Positions 31,940 through 42,121 are shown, counted from the first letter of the stretch. The stretch: 64,000 nt of DNA from an uncultured Pelagibacteraceae bacterium (GCA_902592935.1 CACJGD010000003.1:4258-68257); one strand, 5' to 3'. A program made the numbers and translations. The notes: generated from the sequence alone by a model not told the origin.

Positions 31940-32430
31940 AAAATTTTTATTTTTGAATTTTTTTTAATTAATTTAAGCATAATTAAAAAATCTTTTTTCA
32001 TTAATGCAACACATCCAGACGTTGGTTTATAATCTTTAGTTAGGTGAATAAAAATACAGCTCCCTCGGCCAGTTATAGGCTTTTTAAAGTTATATTTTAT
32101 TGGAATAAACAAATCATATTTATAATCTTTTCTATTTAATCTTTCATGTTTAATTCTTTTATGTATTTTGAAAAGTTTATTATATTTTTTTGGAAAACGA
32201 ATATCATTACACCAACCCATATTTTTTTTAATTTCAACACACTTAAGTAAAGTTAGTGGTTTTTCCAAACGATCTTTTCTAAAATATAGATTTTCAATTT
32301 CAAAGGTTCCTTTAGGAGTTTTTTTGTCTCCTTCTTTTTTATTGCTTGTTGAACCCTTTTTTCCAATAGAACACTTAAATTTAAATTCATCAATTTGAAG
32401 AGTGTGTTTATTTTTGACTAAAATTGTCAT
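31936..32430 (-). CDS. L,D-transpeptidase (YkuD) family protein
   Basis: KKEGDKKTPKG, GSCIFIH, PTSGCVAL catalytic His/Cys motif. Confidence 0.88.
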   Translation of the reverse strand: MTILVKNKHTLQIDEFKFKCSIGKKGSTSNKKEGDKKTPKGTFEIENLYFRKDRLEKPLTLLKCVEIKKNMGWCNDIRFPKKYNKLFKIHKRIKHERLNRKDYKYDLFIPIKYNFKKPITGRGSCIFIHLTKDYKPTSGCVALMKKDFLIMLKLIKKNSKIKIF

Positions 32431-32442
32431 ATTCTCTTATTT

Positions 32443-33006
32443 GTGAATGCTCAAAATTTAATAATATATAAGTTCAAATCTTTATATCACATTCTTGAGG
32501 AACTTGCTTTAGACTTAAATTTTAAAATTACCCTTGCAGATAGTGAAAATTCCTTAAATGATAAAGTAAAAAATCTTAGCAATTATTTAATTATATCTAA
32601 TAAAAAATTTTCAAATATCAGTAATCAATTTGTTTTAGATAATACACCAATTAACATTTTTAAATTGGTGGAAAGAATAAACATTGAATTTTTAAAATTA
32701 CAATTCAATAGTCAATCTGAGTTAAAAGTAAACAATTATACTATTGATTTAAATTCAAGAGAAATGTTTAAGAACAATACCAGGCTTAAGTTGACTGAAA
32801 AAGAAATAAATACAATTACTTATTTATCAAAATCTAACACACCGGTGAGTATCCATGAACTACAAGAAAAGGTTTGGAGTTATCAAACTGGTATAGAAAC
32901 TCATACTGTTGAGACTCATATTTATAGATTAAGAAAAAAAATTTTAAATTCTTTTGATGATAATCTATTTATTGTCAGTAAAAAAAATGGCTATGAAATC
33001 AAATAA
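32443..33006 (+). CDS. OmpR-type winged-helix regulator, CenR-like, with degenerate receiver
   Basis: KLTEKE...L...VW.Y......THTVETHIYRLRKKI winged helix; N-terminal ~90 aa lack recognisable receiver motifs. Confidence 0.8.
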   Translation: MNAQNLIIYKFKSLYHILEELALDLNFKITLADSENSLNDKVKNLSNYLIISNKKFSNISNQFVLDNTPINIFKLVERINIEFLKLQFNSQSELKVNNYTIDLNSREMFKNNTRLKLTEKEINTITYLSKSNTPVSIHELQEKVWSYQTGIETHTVETHIYRLRKKILNSFDDNLFIVSKKNGYEIK

Positions 33007-33106
33007 AAAAAACCCAATTGCAAAAGATCTTTTTACAAAAAAATATAAGCCAAAAATAGTTAAGCCAAAAAAAGGCAAAGGAAGTTTTAAAAGAAAAAAA
33101 AATTAA
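32993..33106 (+). CDS. Small ArfA-like alternative ribosome-rescue factor (37 aa; not in ORF track)
   Basis: Manual translation MKSNKKNPIAKDLFTKKYKPKIVKPKKGKGSFKRKKN*; contains the ArfA KKGKGS motif; fills the gap between the regulator and the PfkB gene. Confidence 0.7.
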   Translation: MKSNKKNPIAKDLFTKKYKPKIVKPKKGKGSFKRKKN

Positions 33107-33115
33107 GACTCAAGT

Positions 33116-34045
33116 TTAAAGCCTTGCCCCAATCTGTTGTATCACTCTTGATGACATCTCTGTACCTTTTTCTAAACTCTCCCTAATTGATAATTTATTT
33201 ACATATCCGTGTAGAAATCCAGCAGCAAAAAGATCACCAGCACCTGTAAGGTCAACAATTTTTAAATTTTTTTTTATATCGCATTCTATAATATCTTTAC
33301 CATTTACAGCTACAGCACCTTTTTCACCTCTAGTTATAACCACTAATTTATTAAGTTGTTTTGAAAAATTTATAACTTCATTAAAATTTTTTGCTTCAAT
33401 TAATGAGGTAATTTCTTGTTCATTAGCAAAAGTTATATCCAGTTTATTTTTTACTAAGTTTAAAAAGTGTGATTTATGTCTATCTACACAAAATTGATCA
33501 GAAAGCGACATAGCTATTTTATTTGCGTTGTTAATGGCTTTATCAAAAGCTTTTCTGGGCTCTCCCTCATCCCACAAATAACCTTCTAAAAATATTATTT
33601 CACTTTTTTTAATTGCATCAGTATTAACATCATTTTCATTAATTTTTCCTGCCGTTCCTAAGAAAGTACACATTGTTCTTTCTGAGTCTGGTGTTACCAG
33701 TATTAAACATGTTCCTGTAGGCAACTCTTCTTTTTTTTTCAAATAAAAGTAATCTACATTTTCTTTTTTTAATCCCTCCTCGTATTTGCTGCCAAATTCA
33801 TCATCTGAAACTTTACCTATAAAACCAACTTTATCACCTAGTTGAGACATCCCCACTATTGAGTTTGCTACTGATCCACCAGAAACTGTTTTCTCAATTT
33901 TAAGATTTATTAATAAATTTTTAAATTCATTTTCATCAAAAAATAATTTCATTGTGCTTTTTGTAAGATTATTTTTTGAAATAAAGTTGTCATCAACTTT
34001 ACAAATTACATCCACTATTGCATTTCCTATTCCTAAAATTTTCAT
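33116..34045 (-). CDS. PfkB family carbohydrate/adenosine kinase
   Basis: GIGNAIVD, GGSVANS, ERTM.TFLG, FANE.E, DLTGAGDLFAAGF. Confidence 0.93.
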   Translation of the reverse strand: MKILGIGNAIVDVICKVDDNFISKNNLTKSTMKLFFDENEFKNLLINLKIEKTVSGGSVANSIVGMSQLGDKVGFIGKVSDDEFGSKYEEGLKKENVDYFYLKKKEELPTGTCLILVTPDSERTMCTFLGTAGKINENDVNTDAIKKSEIIFLEGYLWDEGEPRKAFDKAINNANKIAMSLSDQFCVDRHKSHFLNLVKNKLDITFANEQEITSLIEAKNFNEVINFSKQLNKLVVITRGEKGAVAVNGKDIIECDIKKNLKIVDLTGAGDLFAAGFLHGYVNKLSIRESLEKGTEMSSRVIQQIGARL

Positions 34046-34046
34046 A

Positions 34047-34700
34047 TTAAGCTTTTTTGGTAATAACAGGTTTTTTTCTATTTGGACAGCAAGTAGTGCA
34101 TATTTTACAACTTAAACCATAACATTCTCTTGCCTTGCAATATTCTCTACCATAAAAAATTATTTGTAAATGAAGTTTAGACCAAATTTTTTTAGGAAAT
34201 ATTCGTTTTAAATCTTTTTCAGTTTGAATTACATTTTTTCCATTTGTTAAACCCCATCGTTGTGCAAGTCTATGAATATGAGTATCAACGGCAAAAGCTG
34301 GATATCCAAAACTCTGAGACATCATCACGCTAGCTGTTTTATGTCCTACACCGGGCAGTTTTTCAAGTTCTTCAAAAGTTTTAGGTACTTTTCCCTTATG
34401 TTTTTCTAACACTTGTTTTGACATAAAGTAAATACTCTTAGCTTTAACTCTAAAAATACCAATTTTTTTAATTAACTTCTCGATTTTTTTTCTTCCCAAT
34501 TTTACAAAGTGTTCTGGTTTATAATATTTTGGATATATGTCTTTTGTTACATTATTTACATTTACATCAGTACATTGTGCAGAAAGTAGAACAGAAATTA
34601 ATAGTGTAAAAGTATTTTTACTTTTTAGAGGAACAGGTGCTTTAGGATAAATTTTATTTAGAGTTTTAATTATGATTTTTGCTTTTTCTTTTTCATTCAT
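34047..34700 (-). CDS. nth: Endonuclease III
   Basis: LLSAQCTD, HhH LPGVGHKTA, VDTHIHR, C-terminal Cys cluster. Confidence 0.96.
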   Translation of the reverse strand: MNEKEKAKIIIKTLNKIYPKAPVPLKSKNTFTLLISVLLSAQCTDVNVNNVTKDIYPKYYKPEHFVKLGRKKIEKLIKKIGIFRVKAKSIYFMSKQVLEKHKGKVPKTFEELEKLPGVGHKTASVMMSQSFGYPAFAVDTHIHRLAQRWGLTNGKNVIQTEKDLKRIFPKKIWSKLHLQIIFYGREYCKARECYGLSCKICTTCCPNRKKPVITKKA

Positions 34701-35476
34701 TATGAAAAGTTAAGCAAATCTCTCATAGAATATAAACCTGGTTTTTTTTTCATTAGCCACTTTGAGGCTGTTAAAGCTCCATCCGAGTAAAGTGCTCTGT
34801 CAAAAGCCTCATGGTTTAATGTGATTATTTCTTTCCCACTAGAAAACTTTACTTCGTGTTCACCAATAATTTCACCTTTTCTAATTGAGTTAAAATTAAT
34901 TTTTTTTCCATAGGGAAAATATTTTTTGTTTAAAAATTTTTTTCCAATTAAATTATATATATTTTTATTTTTTCCATCAGCAATTCCTTTACCAAGCATT
35001 AACGCAGTGCCGGATGGGTAGTCTTTTTTATGTTTGTGATGTACTTCAAATATTTTACTTAAATATTCATCATTTAGTGATTTTGAGGCAATTTCAGTTA
35101 AATACATCAATAAATTTACACCCAAGCTCATGTTGCCTGCCTTTAAAATAGGTATTTTTCTTGAAAATTTTTTAATCTGATTTTCCTGATTTCTGGTAAA
35201 TCCAGTTGTGCCAATTACTACTTTTTTTTTTAGTTTTGATGCTATTTTTAATATTTCAAGGGTACAATAAGGAACAGTAAAATCAATAATAACGTCAGCT
35301 TTTTTAAAAGCTTTCTCAGAATTTAACTCAGGTTTAACACCATTAAACTTTCTATTTATTAATCTATTTTCTGTAAGTGTAACCAGTTTAAAGTTCTTAT
35401 TTTTTTTTGAAGATTTAATTAATTGCTGGCCCATCCTGCCTATGCATCCAGAAATAGCTAAGTTAATCTTTTTCAT
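34700..35476 (-). CDS. dapB: 4-hydroxy-tetrahydrodipicolinate reductase
   Basis: G..GRMG, DFT, GTTG, NMSLGVN, E.HH.HK.D.PSGTA; start moved to ATG 35476 (MKKINLAISG). Confidence 0.96.
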   Translation of the reverse strand: MKKINLAISGCIGRMGQQLIKSSKKNKNFKLVTLTENRLINRKFNGVKPELNSEKAFKKADVIIDFTVPYCTLEILKIASKLKKKVVIGTTGFTRNQENQIKKFSRKIPILKAGNMSLGVNLLMYLTEIASKSLNDEYLSKIFEVHHKHKKDYPSGTALMLGKGIADGKNKNIYNLIGKKFLNKKYFPYGKKINFNSIRKGEIIGEHEVKFSSGKEIITLNHEAFDRALYSDGALTASKWLMKKKPGLYSMRDLLNFS

Positions 35477-35643
35477 TAATAGATAAAATATAAAAGTACC
35501 ATAAGTAATAAAATAATAACACCCCAAATACTTAAATTTTTAAAAAATACTCTTTTTTTTAAGTTTGATTTTATGAAGGCAGGCAGAACAAGAATTAATA
35601 CTAATATTAAAGCTATTGACGGAATAATTTCTTCTAATCCCAT
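35476..35643 (-). CDS. Small two-TM membrane protein (55 aa; not in ORF track)
   Basis: MGLEEIIPSIALILVLILVLPAFIKSNLKKRVFFKNLSIWGVIILLLMVLLYFIY*; starts 3 nt after the dnaJ stop and its TAA overlaps the dapB ATG (TAATG). Confidence 0.75.
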   Translation of the reverse strand: MGLEEIIPSIALILVLILVLPAFIKSNLKKRVFFKNLSIWGVIILLLMVLLYFIY

Positions 35644-35646
35644 ATC

Positions 35647-36774
35647 TTAATTTTTCCAAAAATCTTTTGCTTTTTGAAAAAATTTTTTAATACTTGGATT
35701 TGACTTATCATTTTCTATTTCTCTAAATTGTTCTAACAATTCCTTCTGTTTTTTATTTAAATACACCGGCACTTCTGTCTTTACCTGTACATATAGGTCT
35801 CCAAAATCACCTCGTCTCATAAATGGCATACCTTTACCTTTTAATCTAAATTGTTTACCATTTTGAGTTCCATCAGGAATTTTAATTTTTGCTTTTCCAC
35901 CGTCAATAGTTGGAATTTCAATTGTTGTCCCTAGTGCAGCATCTGCAAGAGAAAGTGGAAATTCAAAAAATAAATTTTCATCTGATCTTTTAAATAGATT
36001 GTGAGAGTTAACATTAATAAATAAATACAGGTCTCCTGTCGCTCCACCTCTTGTTCCAGCCTCACCTTTTCCTGCAAGCCTAATTCTAGTTCCGTCATCA
36101 ACACCTTTTGGAATAGTTACAGATATTTTTTTTGATGCTTGTTTTTTACCCTGGCCATTACAATCATTGCATGGATTCGTAATTTCTTCACCATTTCCAT
36201 TACATTGAGGACAAGTTTGTTGAACAGTAAAGAAGCCTTGGTTAGACCTTATTCTGCCATTACCACCACAATATGAACACCTGTCAGGAGAAAAACCTGG
36301 TTTAGATCCATTTCCTCTGCATGTACCACACTGTTCTGTTGTTGAAAACTTAATATCTTGTTTCTTTCCATGGTAAGCTTCCTCTAACGAAATAGATAAA
36401 TCATATCTTAAGTCAGAACCTCTATTATTTGATTTTCTACCTCTTGATCTTCCACCTCCACCAAAATCTCCAAAAAAATCCTCAAAAATATCTGAGAAAT
36501 CTGCTCCACTAAAACCTCCAAAACCTCCACCCGGTCTTCCTCCACCATTTTCAAATGCTGCATGTCCAAAGTTGTCGTAGTTTTGTTTCTTCTCTTTGTC
36601 TGAAAGTATCCCATAAGCTTCACTCGCTTCTTTGAATCTTTCCTCAGCTTTAGAGTCACCTGGATTTTTATCTGGATGATATTTTACAGCTAATTTTCTA
36701 TATGCGGATTTTAATTCTTCAGGGCTCGCGCTTTTATTTACGCCTAGGACATCGTAATAGTCTCTTTTAGCCAT
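35647..36774 (-). CDS. dnaJ: Chaperone DnaJ
   Basis: J domain HPD, G/F-rich linker, four CxxCxGxG repeats. Confidence 0.99.
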   Translation of the reverse strand: MAKRDYYDVLGVNKSASPEELKSAYRKLAVKYHPDKNPGDSKAEERFKEASEAYGILSDKEKKQNYDNFGHAAFENGGGRPGGGFGGFSGADFSDIFEDFFGDFGGGGRSRGRKSNNRGSDLRYDLSISLEEAYHGKKQDIKFSTTEQCGTCRGNGSKPGFSPDRCSYCGGNGRIRSNQGFFTVQQTCPQCNGNGEEITNPCNDCNGQGKKQASKKISVTIPKGVDDGTRIRLAGKGEAGTRGGATGDLYLFINVNSHNLFKRSDENLFFEFPLSLADAALGTTIEIPTIDGGKAKIKIPDGTQNGKQFRLKGKGMPFMRRGDFGDLYVQVKTEVPVYLNKKQKELLEQFREIENDKSNPSIKKFFQKAKDFWKN

Positions 36775-36803
36775 CAAATTACCCCAGACAATTAAATGTC
36801 AGT

Positions 36804-38729
36804 TTAAGCGCTTTTTTCTTTATTCTCGTCTTTTACTTCTTCGAAATCAGCATCAACAACATTTTCGTCTTTTTTACCAGTATCATCGCCACCATCATCT
36901 TTTCCAGAATCAGGTTTTGCAGTTTGTTGTGATTTATAGATCGCCTCTCCAAGTTTCATTGAAGCTTGTACTAAAGCCTCAGTTTTTTTCTTAATATCCT
37001 CAATATCTTCACTTTTTAAGGCTTCTTTTACAGCACTTGATGCGTCTTCAATTGCTTTTTTCTCTGCATCAGAAATTTTTGATCCATGTTCTTTTAAATT
37101 CTTTTCAGTAGAATGAATTAAAGTATCTGCTTGATTTCTAACATCAACTGACTCTCTTTTCTTCTTATCAGCCTCTTTGTTAGCTTCAGCATCTTTAACC
37201 ATTTTTTCAATTTCTTCATCACTTAGTCCACCTGAAGCTTGGATTTGAATTTTTTGTTCTTTACCAGTTCCTTTGTCTTTAGCTGAAACATTCACAATAC
37301 CATTTGCATCAATATCAAATGTAACTTCAATTTGAGGAACTCCTCTTGGTGCTGGTGCAATACCTACTAATTCAAAGTTACCTAGGGCTTTATTATCAGC
37401 TGCCATTTCTCTTTCACCCTGTAGAACTCTAATAGATACAGCAGGCTGATTGTCTTCAGCAGTTGAGAAAACTTGGCTTTTTTTAGTTGGGATTGTTGTA
37501 TTTTTATCAATTAGTTTTGTTGAAACTCCACCAAGCGTTTCAATACCTAGTGATAATGGAGTTACATCTAGTAGAAGTACATCTTTAACATCACCCTGTA
37601 ATACTCCTGCTTGAATAGCAGCACCCATAGCAACTACTTCATCTGGGTTTACACTTTTATTTGGGTCTTTTCCAAAAAAATTTTTAACTTCTTCTAATAC
37701 TTTTGGCATTCTAGTCATACCACCTACCATAACTACTTCATCAATTTCACTAGCAGTAACTCCTGCATCTTTAAGAGCCGTTTTGCATGGAGGCATAGTT
37801 CTAGCAATTAAGTCTTCAACTAGAGCCTCAAGTTTTGCTCTAGTCATTTTTAAATTAATATGTTTTGGACCTGTTTTATCTGCAGTAATAAAAGGTAGAT
37901 TTATATCTGTTTGTTCTGCAGAAGATAATTCAATTTTTGCTTTTTCAGCAGCTTCTTTTAATCTTTGTAAAGCAAGTTTATCTGACTTAAGATCAATTCC
38001 ATTATCTTTCTTAAATTCAGAAATTAAGTAATCAACAACAGCATTGTCAAAATCTTCACCACCTAAAAAAGTATCACCATTAGTTGATTTAACTTCAAAT
38101 ACGCCATCACCTAATTCCAGAATAGATACATCAAATGTTCCTCCACCTAAATCATATACAGCAATTTTTTTATTTTGTTTTTTATCTAAACCATAAGCTA
38201 ATGATGCAGCAGTTGGTTCATTAATAATTCTTAAAACTTCTAATCCAGCAATTTTTCCTGCATCTTTTGTTGCCTGTCTTTGTGCATCATTAAAGTATGC
38301 TGGCACTGTAATTACAGCTTTTGTTACAGCCTGACCTAAATATTTTTCTGCCGTCTCTTTCATTTTTTGTAAAATAAAAGCAGATATTTGAGAAGGTGAA
38401 TATTTTTCACCTTTAGTTTCAATCCAAGCATCACCTTTTTCAGAATTAATTATTTTAAAAGGTGCAGCCTCTACATCTTTTTTTACAGTTGGGTCGTCAA
38501 AATTTCTTCCAATTAGTCTTTTTACTGCAAAAATAGTATTTTCTGGATTTGTAACAGCTTGTCTTTTTGCTGGTTGTCCAATTAATTTTTCGTTTTCATC
38601 TGTAAATGCAACAACTGATGGAGTAGTTCTTGCACCTTCAGCATTTTCCAAAACCTTAGCTTGTGTTCCTTCCATTATGGCAACACATGAATTTGTTGTT
38701 CCTAAGTCTATTCCAATAATTTTACTCAT
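36804..38729 (-). CDS. dnaK: Chaperone DnaK
   Basis: [32 protein letters not shown]. Confidence 0.99.
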   Translation of the reverse strand: MSKIIGIDLGTTNSCVAIMEGTQAKVLENAEGARTTPSVVAFTDENEKLIGQPAKRQAVTNPENTIFAVKRLIGRNFDDPTVKKDVEAAPFKIINSEKGDAWIETKGEKYSPSQISAFILQKMKETAEKYLGQAVTKAVITVPAYFNDAQRQATKDAGKIAGLEVLRIINEPTAASLAYGLDKKQNKKIAVYDLGGGTFDVSILELGDGVFEVKSTNGDTFLGGEDFDNAVVDYLISEFKKDNGIDLKSDKLALQRLKEAAEKAKIELSSAEQTDINLPFITADKTGPKHINLKMTRAKLEALVEDLIARTMPPCKTALKDAGVTASEIDEVVMVGGMTRMPKVLEEVKNFFGKDPNKSVNPDEVVAMGAAIQAGVLQGDVKDVLLLDVTPLSLGIETLGGVSTKLIDKNTTIPTKKSQVFSTAEDNQPAVSIRVLQGEREMAADNKALGNFELVGIAPAPRGVPQIEVTFDIDANGIVNVSAKDKGTGKEQKIQIQASGGLSDEEIEKMVKDAEANKEADKKKRESVDVRNQADTLIHSTEKNLKEHGSKISDAEKKAIEDASSAVKEALKSEDIEDIKKKTEALVQASMKLGEAIYKSQQTAKPDSGKDDGGDDTGKKDENVVDADFEEVKDENKEKSA

Positions 38730-38752
38730 AATATTAATGTCTCTCTCTCGAC

Positions 38753-38780
38753 ATATAGGGTTTAAATGTGAAACTACAAG
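38753..38780 (-). promoter_or_regulatory. Putative sigma-32 promoter of dnaK
   Basis: Minus strand CTTGTA-N15-CCTATAT. Confidence 0.65.
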
Positions 38781-38792
38781 TTGATCTCATAA

Positions 38793-39446
38793 TTATTTAT
38801 TTTCTGGATTTTGCTGATTTTCCTCAGTTTTTTCTTCTTTAATTGTAACTTTTTTTGACACTCCTACTAATGAGGGTCTAAGTAATCTGTCTTTTATAGT
38901 AAAGCCTTTTTGAATTTCCTGAATTATTGTTCCAGGTTCTTTCGTATCGTCCTCAATTTCCATCATTGCTTGATGAAAGTTTGGATCTAGTTTTTTGTTA
39001 AGGCTATCAATTGGTGTAATGTTATTTTTTTCAAATATTGAGATAAGATCCTTTTTAATAATATCTAAATGCTCTAGCGTCTTTTTTAATGCTTCAGTTT
39101 CTTTTAATTTATCGTCGCTTTCAAGAACATGTTTGGATCTATCCAAGTTATCAATCAAATTTAATGCTTCCTTTGCAAAACTATAACCACCATATTCAAA
39201 AGCATCTTCTTTTTCTTTTTCAAATCTTCTTCTTTGATTTTCCATTTCAGCGAAAGTTCTTGCCACCTTATCTTCCAGTTCAGCAATTTTTTCTTCTGGG
39301 GTTGGCTCTTTAACTTTTTCTTTAGCTTCTTGCTCTATTTTTTGCTTATTTTCTTCGGCTAAATTTTCTTCAGGTTTCTCATTTTCTTTTACAGTATCTT
39401 CGTTTTGATCTGCAGAAGTGCTATTTTGGATTTCTTCTTTTTCCAT
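38793..39446 (-). CDS. grpE: Nucleotide exchange factor GrpE
   Basis: AEMEN.RRR, DNL.R, DPNFHQAM, GF....RLLRP..V.V. Confidence 0.97.
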   Translation of the reverse strand: MEKEEIQNSTSADQNEDTVKENEKPEENLAEENKQKIEQEAKEKVKEPTPEEKIAELEDKVARTFAEMENQRRRFEKEKEDAFEYGGYSFAKEALNLIDNLDRSKHVLESDDKLKETEALKKTLEHLDIIKKDLISIFEKNNITPIDSLNKKLDPNFHQAMMEIEDDTKEPGTIIQEIQKGFTIKDRLLRPSLVGVSKKVTIKEEKTEENQQNPENK

Positions 39447-39453
39447 AGTCTCT

Positions 39454-39482
39454 TATATGGTAAGCATTTTCTTAATTTCTAG
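39454..39482 (-). promoter_or_regulatory. Putative sigma-32 promoter of grpE
   Basis: Minus strand CTAGAA-N16-CCATATA, filling the grpE/rdgB gap. Confidence 0.5.
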
Positions 39483-40085
39483 ATGTATAAACAAAAAATT
39501 AATAAATTATTAATAGGTACTAATAACAAGGGTAAATTACGTGAAATCAAGAGTTTATTGCCTAAAAAAATTAAAATTTATTCTACATCTGCTTTTAATC
39601 TTAGAAGCCCAGTTGAAAATGGTAAGACTTTTAAAGAAAACTCACTGATTAAATCTAAATATTTTTCAAAAAAGACAGGATTGTTATGTTTAGCTGACGA
39701 CTCTGGTTTGGAAATAGATTTTTTAAATAAAAGTCCTGGAATTTATTCTGCAAGGTGGGGAGGAAAGTATGGGGACTTTAGTAAAGCCATAAAAAGAGTT
39801 TATAGAGAATTAAATAAAAAAGACAAAAATTGGAAAAACAAAAAAATAAAAGCAAGATTTATTTGTGCACTTTCTATTTCATACTTAAATAAAAAAATTG
39901 CTTGTGTCATAGGTAAAGTTGAAGGTCATATTTCACATGAAGCAAAAGGAAAAAATGGATTTGGTTATGATCCAATTTTTATTCCTTTAAAAAAAAAAAA
40001 AACTTTCGGAGAAATGAAACCATCTCAAAAATATAAGATGGATCATAGATACCAGGCTTTTAAAAAAATTAGAAAATTTCTATAA
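39483..40085 (+). CDS. rdgB: Non-canonical purine NTP pyrophosphatase RdgB/HAM1
   Basis: TNN.GK..E, ADDSGL, PGIYSARW, GFGYDPIF, HR. Confidence 0.96.
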   Translation: MYKQKINKLLIGTNNKGKLREIKSLLPKKIKIYSTSAFNLRSPVENGKTFKENSLIKSKYFSKKTGLLCLADDSGLEIDFLNKSPGIYSARWGGKYGDFSKAIKRVYRELNKKDKNWKNKKIKARFICALSISYLNKKIACVIGKVEGHISHEAKGKNGFGYDPIFIPLKKKKTFGEMKPSQKYKMDHRYQAFKKIRKFL

Positions 40086-41223
40086 GTTTTTGATCTTCAA
40101 TTTTATAAAAATTTAATCTGTGATTAATTTTATTATTTTTGATATCAAAAATTCCTATTTTTCCTTTGAATGAATTTTTTTTCTTAAAAATTTTATTTAA
40201 ATTTTCTGTATTTGAGTTTAGTGATAAATAATAAACCAAGCCAACAAGGTCATAACTCAATAAAGACAAATGGGTAGGATCTTCCTTAAATGCGTTATAG
40301 TACTTTATTTTGTAGCTATCAAAATTTTCTTTATTTATCGATGGATAATATAAAGGCTGGATATCAGTTTCGTTTAACAAACTTTCATCAAACCATTGAT
40401 TTAAAGTTATAAAATATTTATTTTTTGGAAGTACGTCAGTATATAAAAGTGATGTAGATACACTTTTTAGACTTTCATCAAAATCTGCAATTACAACAGC
40501 ATCAAAATTTAAACCACCTAAAGTGTATCTTTTTTCCAGTCTTTTTATTTTTTTTTCTTTATTCGGTTCATTTGAATTTTTAATTCTTTTTATTTCATCT
40601 TCTAAATTTTGCTTTCTTATTCTGTAGTTTGTAATTTCTTCTATTTGTTTTGTTAGTTTTGTAGGCTCTGTATTATATTCATAATCTTTATAAATTTTAA
40701 TTTTTGAATTTTTTATTCCTTTTTTTACTTCAAATTCATAATCTTGAATTGGTGTTAAAAAAATAGTTCTTTGTATCTTATTAGTTTCTAAAAATTTTTT
40801 AATTGTATTAAATTGTGATGTAGAATTAATTCCAGCAGAAATTACATTTTTTGGAAGATCTAATGTTTTATTAGTTAATGATAAAAATGTTAAATTTTTC
40901 ATTTCGTCTAAATAAGTTAAACTTTCATAGAAGACTGGGCCAATGACAATTTTTATTCCCATTTCACTTAATTCGAATGCTGATTTTAAAGTTTGGTTGG
41001 CTTTAGTTGCAGTATCTTTTGGAAAGATTTCTATTAAATCATTATCAATATCTTTAACAGCTAATCCAACTGCCTTAATTATTGATTCACCAATTTTCTT
41101 ATTTTCTCCTGTCATAGGTACCAATAATCCTATTTTGATTTTTTCTTGCGCATTAACAGTTGAAAAAAACAGAAAGTAAAAACTTAAAAAAATAAAATAA
41201 ATAATTTTAATTAATTTGATCAT
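40069..41223 (-). CDS. LpoA/LppC-like periplasmic protein (penicillin-binding-protein activator / periplasmic binding fold)
   Basis: Signal peptide, KIGLLVP.TG, IVIGP, L.YD, F.G..G.F; divergent from rsmI as in the yraM-yraL arrangement. Confidence 0.7.
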   Translation of the reverse strand: MIKLIKIIYFIFLSFYFLFFSTVNAQEKIKIGLLVPMTGENKKIGESIIKAVGLAVKDIDNDLIEIFPKDTATKANQTLKSAFELSEMGIKIVIGPVFYESLTYLDEMKNLTFLSLTNKTLDLPKNVISAGINSTSQFNTIKKFLETNKIQRTIFLTPIQDYEFEVKKGIKNSKIKIYKDYEYNTEPTKLTKQIEEITNYRIRKQNLEDEIKRIKNSNEPNKEKKIKRLEKRYTLGGLNFDAVVIADFDESLKSVSTSLLYTDVLPKNKYFITLNQWFDESLLNETDIQPLYYPSINKENFDSYKIKYYNAFKEDPTHLSLLSYDLVGLVYYLSLNSNTENLNKIFKKKNSFKGKIGIFDIKNNKINHRLNFYKIEDQKLIEIF

Positions 41224-41257
41224 TTTGATGCTAATATAATATTTTTTAAGCTAAATT

Positions 41258-42121
41258 ATGATCATAAAACCACAATTTAAATTAAAAGAATACGAAAATG
41301 GTCTTTATCTGGTATCAACTCCTTTAGGAAATCTGAAAGATATAACGTTAAGAGCAATTGAAGTTTTACAGCAATCTCATTATATTTTATGCGAAGATAC
41401 TCGCGTTTCAAAATATCTTTTAGATAAATATCAAATAAAATCAAAGTTAATTTCAAATCATAAATTTAATGAAAAAAAAAATGTAATAAAAATTATTGAA
41501 TATCTAAAATCTGGAAAAATAATTTCATTGATATCAGATGCTGGTACACCTAGTATTTCCGATCCTGGTTCAATTTTAGTTAATGAGTGCATTAATAACG
41601 AGATAAGAATATATCCAATTCCTGGGCCTTCAGCTGTTTCTGCAGCTGTTTCAATCAGTGGTTTTTCAGATAAATTTTTATTTTGTGGTTTTTTTTCCAA
41701 CAAAAAAGAACAATTATCTAATGAATTAAAAAAATTCTCAGAATTCGAAAATTCCTTAGTTTTTTTTATTTCTCCTAAGAAAATCAACAAAATCATACCT
41801 GAAATAAAAAAGAATTTTAGTGGAAGAAAGATCGTTTTTTGTAGGGAAATATCAAAAATGTATGAAGAATTTATCAGAAAAAATGTAGATGAATTAGAAT
41901 TATTTGAAAAAGAACCAAAAGGTGAATTCACTGTTGTTATTTCTGAAAAAAAAATAAATAAAAATATCTCTAAAAAATTAACTGAATCAGATATGAATAT
42001 AATAAAAAAAATGATTAATAAATTGTCTATTAGAGAAATTACAGATATTTTAAGTCAAATTTGTGATGTACCTAAAAAAGAAATATATAATTATTGTTTA
42101 GAATTAAAAAATGAAAAATAA
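41258..42121 (+). CDS. rsmI: 16S rRNA C1402 2'-O-methyltransferase RsmI
   Basis: LYLVSTPLGNL.DIT.RA, CEDTR, SDAGTP.ISDPG, PGPSA, REISK.YEE. Confidence 0.96.
   Translation: MIIKPQFKLKEYENGLYLVSTPLGNLKDITLRAIEVLQQSHYILCEDTRVSKYLLDKYQIKSKLISNHKFNEKKNVIKIIEYLKSGKIISLISDAGTPSISDPGSILVNECINNEIRIYPIPGPSAVSAAVSISGFSDKFLFCGFFSNKKEQLSNELKKFSEFENSLVFFISPKKINKIIPEIKKNFSGRKIVFCREISKMYEEFIRKNVDELELFEKEPKGEFTVVISEKKINKNISKKLTESDMNIIKKMINKLSIREITDILSQICDVPKKEIYNYCLELKNEK

Noticed and set aside
35477-35527. Longer dapB N-terminus in the ORF track (similarly maeB 44991-45068 and nusA 57233-57271)
   Set aside because: Extensions overlap a neighbouring gene or a regulatory hairpin, and homology begins at the downstream ATG
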